Positions 6,557 through 13,534 of a stretch of 25,519 bases of DNA are shown here, one piece after another. The stretch spans positions 1 to 25,519 of IMG/VR virus record IMGVR_UViG_3300035526_000055; one strand, written 5' to 3'. The translations under genes were made by a program, and so were the position numbers. Origin of the DNA: a virus. Its lineage: Duplodnaviria; Caudoviricetes. The notes beneath the pieces are model-generated. The model was not told the DNA's origin. It did not search any database and worked only from the letters and a program-made list of their open reading frames with translations. The stretch's first letter is position 1; every line of letters starts with the position of its first letter.

Positions 6557-7733
6557 GACTCTCACTCGCTTTCTGAATATCAACCTTTAATGTTTTTCCT
6601 TCTTTGTATATGTAGTCGTTTCTCTTTATTAGCCTATCGACAAAATTCTCGCTCGAGGCATAACTTGCATGGCCATACCAAGAATTTAGAATTTGCTCGG
6701 CTTTTTCTTTTGGCATTCTGTTATCTCTAACTAGGTGCTGCATTTTCTTTGTTTTTCGTTTAATGTTTCTTTTAGACCTGTCCCTTAATAGCATGTGTGT
6801 CTTATGAATCTTAAACCCAAGGGCGTTTACACCCTGATTAACTGGAAATATCTTCGTTTTCTTTTCGTTGCACTTAAGATTTAGCCGTTCTTTGATAAAT
6901 GTCTCTAACTCGGCTAAAGTCCGCCTTGCTTCATCTAAATCCTTAGTGATGATGAAAATATCATCCGCATACCTTAGGTAGTATTTTAAACCAAGCTTTC
7001 TTTTGGCGTATTGGTCCAGGGGATTCATAGCCACATTTGCAAGTATATGACTGAGTGGGTTTCCCAGGGGTATCCCCCTTTCCGAAATCTGCCTAGCGCT
7101 ATCGATAATGCGCTCGATGAGCTTTAACGTCTTGGTGCATTTAATCCTTTTAGGAAGTTCTTTCTTTAAAAGGCTTCTATCAATAGAATAGAAAAATCGC
7201 TCTATGTCTATTTTGATGATCGTCGCTTTGTCGCCAAACTGCCACGCCGCTTTTCTTAAAAAGTGATGTAGCCTTGTCGTCGCTTTGTGTGTGCCTTTTC
7301 CATCAATACATGCATAAGAATCATGAATAAAACTTTTGAAGAATATGTCTTTGATAACGTTATGCACTGCGTGCTGTACTATTTTATCTTGTATTTGGGG
7401 TACGTCTACAACTCTTTGCTTCGGCTCATATACTATCTTTCTTCTGTATGTTCCGAACTCATAACGACCTTCTAAGAGGTCTTTTCTGAGCGTTCTTAGA
7501 TTTGACACTTCAAACGATTTATACTTCACAGCTTCGGATGCATGCCTTCCACCGTTCTTTAAGGTCTTTTCATAAGCCCATTCAAGATTTTTGTAGCTTG
7601 TAATCTTTTCAAAAAGTTTCGACGTCTCCGGTTCTGCCTTGGCAGTTAGCGCTACGCCTTTATTAATGTGTTTACACCCTTTCAAGTGAGAGAACCGAAC
7701 TCTCTTGAACTTATTCAAGCCTTGCGACAGCAA
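6513..7733 (-). CDS. DGR reverse transcriptase
   Basis: LFEKI..YKNL..AY, EPKQR, DKIVQHA, SYACIDGKGTH, IKIDIERFFYSID, GIPLGNPLSH, YLRYADD and ALGF motifs. No maturase or endonuclease domain. Adjacent to TR and avd. Start codon uncertain. Confidence 0.95.
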   Translation of the reverse strand: MLSQGLNKFKRVRFSHLKGCKHINKGVALTAKAEPETSKLFEKITSYKNLEWAYEKTLKNGGRHASEAVKYKSFEVSNLRTLRKDLLEGRYEFGTYRRKIVYEPKQRVVDVPQIQDKIVQHAVHNVIKDIFFKSFIHDSYACIDGKGTHKATTRLHHFLRKAAWQFGDKATIIKIDIERFFYSIDRSLLKKELPKRIKCTKTLKLIERIIDSARQISERGIPLGNPLSHILANVAMNPLDQYAKRKLGLKYYLRYADDIFIITKDLDEARRTLAELETFIKERLNLKCNEKKTKIFPVNQGVNALGFKIHKTHMLLRDRSKRNIKRKTKKMQHLVRDNRMPKEKAEQILNSWYGHASYASSENFVDRLIKRNDYIYKEGKTLKVDIQKASESHDLQVKRQIRDVPV

Positions 7734-7766
7734 CCTTGATCACTGCCGTCATAATTTTAGTTCAGG

Positions 7767-7855
7767 ACTGGGGGCCACGTCCTGTTCGAGTTCACGTTGA
7801 ACGAGTGATTCACGTTCCCGTTGGACGCACCGTTGTTGCCACGATTGACCCTGCG
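7767..7855 (-). repeat. DGR template repeat (TR)
   Basis: 89-bp ungapped match to 8302-8390. Contains 9 AAY triplets in the target reading frame (RRVNRGNNGASNGNVNHSFNVNSNRTWPP). Lies between avd and RT. Confidence 0.97.
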
Positions 7856-7877
7856 AAACAGTTCGGTCCTCAATATA

Positions 7878-8222
7878 TTATTTTCTGGTTGATCTGATGT
7901 AACCAGATAGCAGTCTGTTGACTTCTTCAAGCTCTCCACGAGCCACTCTATGAAATCCCGTACTTATATACCTTCTTTTCTTCGACAGGTCTATAAGTAT
8001 TTTCAATGTCTGCAAGTGGCCATCGGCCTCTTGTAAGTATGTGACCCGTTTTGACTTAACACTGTTAGCCAGCGATATAAATTTGAGCAGTTCGAAAAAC
8101 TCAAGTTTTATCGTTTGGCAAAGTGCATACCTTTCTGACTTGGGATACTTTATAAGCACTGGATAGATTTTATAAAGCAGTTCTTCTGTTTTGGTATATA
8201 CATTTAGATTTTTTACCGACAT
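7878..8222 (-). CDS. avd: DGR accessory variability determinant (Avd, four-helix bundle)
   Basis: 114-aa basic helical protein with YPKSERYAL..QI, L.EAD..L..LK.LI.L...RYIS and EVNRLLSG patterns, located between target gene and TR. Confidence 0.92.
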   Translation of the reverse strand: MSVKNLNVYTKTEELLYKIYPVLIKYPKSERYALCQTIKLEFFELLKFISLANSVKSKRVTYLQEADGHLQTLKILIDLSKKRRYISTGFHRVARGELEEVNRLLSGYIRSTRK

Positions 8223-8282
8223 AGTACCGTCCTTGTCTTCGCCTCCGCTCAGCCCTGCGTCCTAATCGAGTTTAGAGAGGGG

Positions 8283-9359
8283 CTATCCGAGAAGTTCAAA
8301 AACTGGGGGCCACGCCCTGTTCGAGTTCACGTAGAACGAGAGATCCACGTCCCCGACGGACGCACCGCCGTAGCCACGAAAGACCCTGCGCCACGGTGTT
8401 AAGTCTGACGTTTCTTGGCACCACCTTAGCGAACCAGACCCCAATGTGTGGTGCAGGATCATGTCTAAGTCTGTAAGGCCTATGTTCCAATCTTCTACTG
8501 TTCCGGCATACTGTGGATAATTCCACGAGCCTGTTTTGGCACGCTCGTGCAGCGGTAGGACGATGCTGTTCCACTCACATTCTGGTCCGATGAGACCTCG
8601 GTCTGCATCTCCGTAACTGTCGAGCGGATCGGATGCGCCTCCTGTCATGAGTCTAACTCTGTAGGTTAAGCCGCCTATGACAACTGTTTTGTTCTGCGGT
8701 ACATCATTAAGGTCATTGTAAAAACGGCCAAGCTTGTTTGCAGACTCGGTAACGAGCGCCCCGCCCGAGAGTACAATCTTGCTGTCTGTGATGCTGTCTA
8801 TTGTGAAGGACCCGTTGTTAGCACCATTCCCCCAGCCTTTTAAGACAAGTGTGTCTCCAACTTGACCGACGGTATCGGCGTAGTCTGTGTTACTCGTTTC
8901 ATCACCTAAAAAACCACCGATGGAGCTGTTTATGGAATTGTCTGCTGCATCAATGGAGAGTGTTGTGCCAATGCGACCCTTTGGAGGTACGAGTCCCTCG
9001 TCTCCTGATGCGTATACCGCTCCGGCGTTATAAATATCATCCCACGTCACAGAGTGTCGTATCGGCTTCAGTGGGGTGAAACACACCCGCCCCTTCCACA
9101 TGTATTTTATCCAGGGCGTGTCACTATTGATTGGTGTTCCTGAAGCAATCCCGACTTCCAGTGCAGCGGTCGGTCCGTCGATAAAATCTGCCGCTTGTAC
9201 AAAACCTAAAAAACCAGCCTGTCTTGTGCCGGCAAGTAAATACTTGTTACCGGGAGACTGCGACAGGTCTGCGATCACTTCTTTTTCGGCCAGGGCGTTG
9301 ACAGCTGCTATCAGCTCGTCGAACTGGTCGGCGTTGGGCCTTGCTCTTTCTATGGTCAT
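8283..9359 (-). CDS. DGR target protein, putative receptor-binding / tail-fibre tip protein with C-terminal CLec-like variable domain
   Basis: Contains the VR at its C-terminus, with a WCQE...RVFRG...WPPV ending. Occupies the tail-fibre slot after the baseplate genes. Confidence 0.85.
   Translation of the reverse strand: MTIERARPNADQFDELIAAVNALAEKEVIADLSQSPGNKYLLAGTRQAGFLGFVQAADFIDGPTAALEVGIASGTPINSDTPWIKYMWKGRVCFTPLKPIRHSVTWDDIYNAGAVYASGDEGLVPPKGRIGTTLSIDAADNSINSSIGGFLGDETSNTDYADTVGQVGDTLVLKGWGNGANNGSFTIDSITDSKIVLSGGALVTESANKLGRFYNDLNDVPQNKTVVIGGLTYRVRLMTGGASDPLDSYGDADRGLIGPECEWNSIVLPLHERAKTGSWNYPQYAGTVEDWNIGLTDLDMILHHTLGSGSLRWCQETSDLTPWRRVFRGYGGASVGDVDLSFYVNSNRAWPPVFELLG
8302..8390 (-). 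repeat. DGR variable repeat (VR) in the 3' end of the target gene
   Basis: Differs from TR at 12 of 89 positions, all of them A in TR (coding strand). Encodes RRVFRGYGGASVGDVDLSFYVNSNRAWPP. Confidence 0.97.
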
Positions 9360-9610
9360 TCTGTTACCTCCTCGTATACGTCAATGATGTGGCCGTTTTG
9401 GAATTTGGTGTGGTGTTTGTATGTCTTTACATTGTCAACATCTTCGATTTGAGCCATTTCGCGCAGTTCCGCCGCTTTGTCTTGCTCTTCTTTGATAAGT
9501 TGTTCGGTAAGCTCATTGTCTGCTGTAAAATCTTCAATTTTTACTACGTCGTTTGGCTGCCATTTATTAAAGCCTAATTCAGTTTTTAAACTTGAAGGCA
9601 TGCTCATCAC
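9356..9610 (-). CDS. Short tail-fibre N-terminal-like (baseplate-anchoring) protein
   Basis: MPS.LKTELGFNKWQPNDVVKIEDF..DN resembles N-termini of Firmicutes phage tail fibres. ATGA coupling to the DGR target gene. Confidence 0.55.
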   Translation of the reverse strand: MMSMPSSLKTELGFNKWQPNDVVKIEDFTADNELTEQLIKEEQDKAAELREMAQIEDVDNVKTYKHHTKFQNGHIIDVYEEVTE

Positions 9611-9614
9611 TCCT

Positions 9615-10187
9615 TTATACAGGTCTAAATATTGTGATATTCCATTCTTCAGCAGTCAAGGCTGCTTGATTAAACTCAGCTGCAGTTAAATTCCATTCAT
9701 CGAACATTCCAGCGAGCAAATAGCTATACAACCACTCAACAGGCAAATGCGCTGGCTTAATATCTTCAATCTGAGCTTTTAGATCGTCAATTTGCTCTGG
9801 TACTCCACCAGTATCGATGAACTTTATTTTTATAGTTCCATCTTCAAACCAAACTAGTACATCCGCACGTTTCCAGGCATCACAAACAGCATCGATTAAC
9901 TCGAGTGATAGCTTGCCTGTGCCTCGTGCTTTAGCTTTGATTGACGCGCGCCTGTCTTCATAACTTCGAGCATGATTCGTAACGATTCCAAGTTCTTTCT
10001 CAAAGAAGTCCAGTCCCCATGTTGCCTTATCTACAAAGAATAGATTGTCTGCAATTTCTTTGATTGCATCCTCGATGTTTTGCATTTTTAAACCGGCGCC
10101 ATTCATAAGGAGATTGACGAGCACATCTTTTCTCATGATTTTATGTAGGTATCCTAATAATGTATCTTTAAGAGACAATGACATCAC
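9615..10187 (-). CDS. Baseplate wedge protein, XkdU/YmfQ (DUF2313)-like
   Basis: ATWGLDFFEKELGI...EDRRASIKAK...IEDIKPAHL motifs. Follows the baseplate J gene. Confidence 0.85.
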   Translation of the reverse strand: MMSLSLKDTLLGYLHKIMRKDVLVNLLMNGAGLKMQNIEDAIKEIADNLFFVDKATWGLDFFEKELGIVTNHARSYEDRRASIKAKARGTGKLSLELIDAVCDAWKRADVLVWFEDGTIKIKFIDTGGVPEQIDDLKAQIEDIKPAHLPVEWLYSYLLAGMFDEWNLTAAEFNQAALTAEEWNITIFRPV

Positions 10188-11253
10188 CTACCACGGGCAT
10201 ATACTTCATCGGAATTTGAATCGATGCAGAGCCATCGTTAATTAAAAGATCCGCGTAATCGTCTATCCCTTCTGTATCTATGACAATCTTTCCAACCATT
10301 GCATAACTTACGCTTGAGGATTTGAATAAAGTCTTGTAGTAAGTTTCAAGTGCTGTTTCGAGATTCTCTTGAACCTGCTCTAATGTATAGCCTTCTGCAG
10401 GAACGACTGTAACGCCAACATTAATCGTAAGCGCTGTAGCTGAAATCACATAGGCATGCGCTCCAATTGGTGCTTCGCCTTCTCCCTTTCCTTCTGAATT
10501 GGGATCAATATACAATTGTGCTTCAGCAACAACTTCTGAACTTGCAGGTTCAAAATTCCTGTCTACTACTACAATTTCAACTGTATTGGCACCTCTCTCA
10601 AGTGATAGAACAACCGCATCTCCAACACCCGAAGTATCTTTTGCCCAAGTTAAGTAGTGATGTTTATTCCCAGATGTGGCCGGTGTCTGCTTTGCTTCGA
10701 AGAAACGTATCCGTAATTCTGCATCGGTTTCTTTATCAAATCCATCAATTGCTGCTTCAAGGTTTCGAACCGATGTAATACCTTGAATTGTCGCTGGCAT
10801 AAATCGAATTGCATCTGTAGGTACATTACCGACTGTTCCCGCTTTTGAGCAAATAATTTTTATGATTTGACTTCCGGTAATTTGATAAGTTTGATCTGGA
10901 TGATATTGTATTCCTGATTCAGTTTCGAAAATGTCATCCTCAGTAATAGAGCCTGTCCCTACTACTTCAAAGTTCTCACAGTATGCATACGTTGCGAGTT
11001 TTCTCTTTATGTACGAATTCTGTTCAACGTACATATCCAGTTCGTCATCTTCGAGATTATTCACATCCCGCTTTGATATAATACTTCTGATTGCAGCCCA
11101 CAAGATTGCCAGCTGAATTGCTAACGCCTTGAATACATCATAAATCGGATTACCCTGAGTCTTCTCGTACGAATCATCTACGCTTTCCAACAACTCATCA
11201 TGTATGTTATCTTCGGTTCTATCTGCGTATTTATCATCAAGCACTCTTCTCAC
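10168..11253 (-). CDS. Baseplate J / XkdT-like protein
   Basis: AGTVGNV, GFDKETDAELRIRF, SGNKHHY..WA...GVGDA.V and G.G.APIGA motifs. The start may be the TTG a few codons in. Confidence 0.92.
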   Translation of the reverse strand: MRRVLDDKYADRTEDNIHDELLESVDDSYEKTQGNPIYDVFKALAIQLAILWAAIRSIISKRDVNNLEDDELDMYVEQNSYIKRKLATYAYCENFEVVGTGSITEDDIFETESGIQYHPDQTYQITGSQIIKIICSKAGTVGNVPTDAIRFMPATIQGITSVRNLEAAIDGFDKETDAELRIRFFEAKQTPATSGNKHHYLTWAKDTSGVGDAVVLSLERGANTVEIVVVDRNFEPASSEVVAEAQLYIDPNSEGKGEGEAPIGAHAYVISATALTINVGVTVVPAEGYTLEQVQENLETALETYYKTLFKSSSVSYAMVGKIVIDTEGIDDYADLLINDGSASIQIPMKYMPVVGDVIVS

Positions 11254-11689
11254 CTACAATCAAACTATCTTCATATCCTGTAACAGTCAGCGTACAGGTT
11301 ATTAAATAACATCCATCTGTAACTTCCACAGTTACATCTGACACCGCTTCAATAAGCACATGCTTCAACAACTGTTCTTCCAGTTGCCGTTCAATCTCGG
11401 CACGGACGAATGCTTCAGGAATATCCCGCCTGCCTTTAAACTGTTCCAGTTCCATTCCAAAATCATCGTCATAAACTCTGTACTTCCCCTTCTCAGTTGT
11501 TATAACAAGACGCGTCCACTGTTCAACCGCTTCAATGTCAGTTGCTTCAACAAATTTGCCATCGAGTAGCACGTGATTCCCGGAGACTGAATCAAATAAA
11601 AAAACACGACCTAGTTCAGTCGTGTCGCTGGCCTCTTCTGTTGATTTTACAAGAGAGCTTACATCAAAATCTGTTGTTGGAAATACCAT
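11237..11689 (-). CDS. Baseplate wedge / sheath initiator, XkdS (DUF2634)-like
   Basis: EAVEQW...TE.G.YRVY..DFG.ELE...AEIER.LEE.L..H..I pattern and synteny. Confidence 0.85.
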   Translation of the reverse strand: MVFPTTDFDVSSLVKSTEEASDTTELGRVFLFDSVSGNHVLLDGKFVEATDIEAVEQWTRLVITTEKGKYRVYDDDFGMELEQFKGRRDIPEAFVRAEIERQLEEQLLKHVLIEAVSDVTVEVTDGCYLITCTLTVTGYEDSLIVGEKSA

Positions 11690-11699
11690 GTGTGCCCCC

Positions 11700-12116
11700 T
11701 TATCCGATTACACCAATAATGTAAAAACGTTGATTTTCTCTAGATGGCAGTAAAAGCACTGTGTCTCCCACATTTAAAACTGATGCAATTGTAATAGCAC
11801 CCGCTTGAGTTCCATCGTGATTTACCTTAACAGCATGACTGTGATCATTGGCGCTGTCACCACCATCATTTGCTAGTTCAGTGTTGAAATTCGTAACAAA
11901 ATGACTCTCAGCACTATACCCTCGCGTATGCAATCCTAATGTTTTAAGCAACGCCACTTTGGGCTCTTTCAGTACAGCACTCCCACTAAATGCAGATATG
12001 CACAACGGTTCTACTGTAACAACGATTCCTTCAACTGGTCCAATATAAGGATTCTTACCAATCTCAGAAAGTATGATTCCAAGTTCATCAATCGCTTCCA
12101 TCGGTCCACCTCTCAA
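11700..12116 (-). CDS. Baseplate spike, XkdR (DUF2577)-like
   Basis: GIVVTVEPL.I, an HSH metal-binding motif (DHSHAV) and LNVGDTVLLL...QRFYII. Located after the hub gene. Likely start is the internal ATG (MEAIDEL). Confidence 0.75.
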   Translation of the reverse strand: MRGGPMEAIDELGIILSEIGKNPYIGPVEGIVVTVEPLCISAFSGSAVLKEPKVALLKTLGLHTRGYSAESHFVTNFNTELANDGGDSANDHSHAVKVNHDGTQAGAITIASVLNVGDTVLLLPSRENQRFYIIGVIG

Positions 12117-13098
12117 TCGTTAATGACATTTTGTGTATCCCATTCAAAACGTCATGTGAATCTTCTTTAATCAGATAGCTGCCTTTGATTTCAGATAAAG
12201 GCACATCAAAAGTCATGACACGACCAGATCGTACACTATCATGCCCAAGCAAGTTGATTTTCGTATCTTCGCTAACTTTGTTTCTGAATTTCAATTCATT
12301 CTCTGCAATTAAACGCACTTGTGAAATATCGCGGTCATTCAAATCAATCACAGTTTGAAGCATCCCGTAATGCTCGATACTTTCTTCATCTTTTGCTTGC
12401 GCTTCCACTTTTATAACCTTGTCCTTTTCAGAGGTAACAAGGACGTTGTTTTTCATGTCTTTCATTGATTTCTTGACATGAAAATCCGCGCCTACTGTTT
12501 TGCTGACATCGATATCATCATTTCCATTTGTGTAAACTGCCGATATCATCATTGTGTCCATTTTTTCAATAACAAGCATGCCAGCACGCATTTCAAATCT
12601 ATATTGAATGCCAAGCTGTGTGTATGCTCTGTAGAGTAGGTCTTTAATGATATCTGACAGCGTCTTTTGCACATAAAGATAGGATACACCCGTTGGTATA
12701 TCCACTACTTCATGCGGTATTTGAAAGCGTGTCAAGATCGTCTTTATAGCTTCCGATATCATAATCTCGTCAAATTGAGCCGTGGTTTCATTTTTGTTCA
12801 AATAAAACGCAAAATCATATGCCACATATGACTGCTTTGAATGGCCATTTTTGTCTTGGTCGACAATAATCCCTCTAAAAACTTCTGTATCTCCATTTAT
12901 GAAAAGAACCTTGTCACCCACTTCAATAACGTCATAACCAACCATATAACGATCATGCTGTGACAAACCCAATTCAAAAGTGAATTCAACCCCCAGCGTA
13001 TTCATAGAGCTCTTCCACTTCACGCGCCCGAGCATGCCTGTAAAGTTCAGAGGAGCGACTCCGTTTTTTAGAATATACAACTTATAATCATTTTTCAT
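12088..13098 (-). CDS. Baseplate hub, XkdQ/YqbQ-like
   Basis: VFRGII, AYDFAFYLNKN, D.ESIEHYGMLQ and GSYLI....H...GIHKMSL motifs. Confidence 0.88.
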   Translation of the reverse strand: MKNDYKLYILKNGVAPLNFTGMLGRVKWKSSMNTLGVEFTFELGLSQHDRYMVGYDVIEVGDKVLFINGDTEVFRGIIVDQDKNGHSKQSYVAYDFAFYLNKNETTAQFDEIMISEAIKTILTRFQIPHEVVDIPTGVSYLYVQKTLSDIIKDLLYRAYTQLGIQYRFEMRAGMLVIEKMDTMMISAVYTNGNDDIDVSKTVGADFHVKKSMKDMKNNVLVTSEKDKVIKVEAQAKDEESIEHYGMLQTVIDLNDRDISQVRLIAENELKFRNKVSEDTKINLLGHDSVRSGRVMTFDVPLSEIKGSYLIKEDSHDVLNGIHKMSLTIERWTDGSD

Positions 13099-13106
13099 AA
13101 ACTCAC

Positions 13107-13529
13107 CTACAAATACACAAATGGATATTCCAAAAGTGGTAATGAATATGCTATGTCCCCATTTTGCATAACACTATGTGTAAATGCACCTACTCGGACT
13201 GGCATGTTTAGAAATGTGCTCCCATCTTTCATGGTCATGACAATACGTATTGGTTCCTTAAGTTCCTTGAATTGGTTAAAGAAAAAAATATATAATTTGG
13301 GATCAGCCTTAGAACCAGGACTCATAAAATCATACTCGCGTGATGGGAAAAACGATTCAATCGTAAGACTTCGTAATCCTGTATTTCCAATCAATAAAAT
13401 AGTTCCATACTGTGCAGTCTCGAATTTCTCATCCTTTGACTCCGAGCCGATTTTTATACCAGGAGGGACAATTGGCAATGGCATTATGATTTGATTGTTT
13501 CTTGCACTAAATGTAATTTCCAAATTCAT
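13107..13529 (-). CDS. Tail tube initiator, XkdP-like (no LysM domain)
   Basis: LPIVPP.I, G.I.LIG..GLRSLTIESFFP and GDIAYSL.L.EY motifs. Follows the tape measure gene. Confidence 0.8.
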   Translation of the reverse strand: MNLEITFSARNNQIIMPLPIVPPGIKIGSESKDEKFETAQYGTILLIGNTGLRSLTIESFFPSREYDFMSPGSKADPKLYIFFFNQFKELKEPIRIVMTMKDGSTFLNMPVRVGAFTHSVMQNGDIAYSLPLLEYPFVYL

Positions 13530-13534
13530 CCCTC

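Larger units (their letters stand above)
6513..9359 (-). mobile_element. Diversity-generating retroelement cassette (target/VR - avd - TR - RT)
   Basis: All four canonical components are co-oriented in the Bordetella BPP-1 order, with adenine-specific TR/VR divergence. Confidence 0.95.

Noticed and set aside
6513-7733. RT as group II intron, retron or Abi-type RT
   Set aside because: There is no maturase/endonuclease extension or msr-msd-like context, and the adjacent avd and adenine-specific TR/VR pair identify a DGR.
7757-7939. 60-aa Asn-rich ORF similar to the target C-terminus
   Set aside because: It is the TR read in the VR frame and overlaps avd. The AAY richness reflects template function, not a protein.
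8296-8574. 92-aa alternative-frame ORF across the VR
   Set aside because: It is nested in the target gene on the same strand, has no RBS, and the AAY codon logic fits only the main frame.
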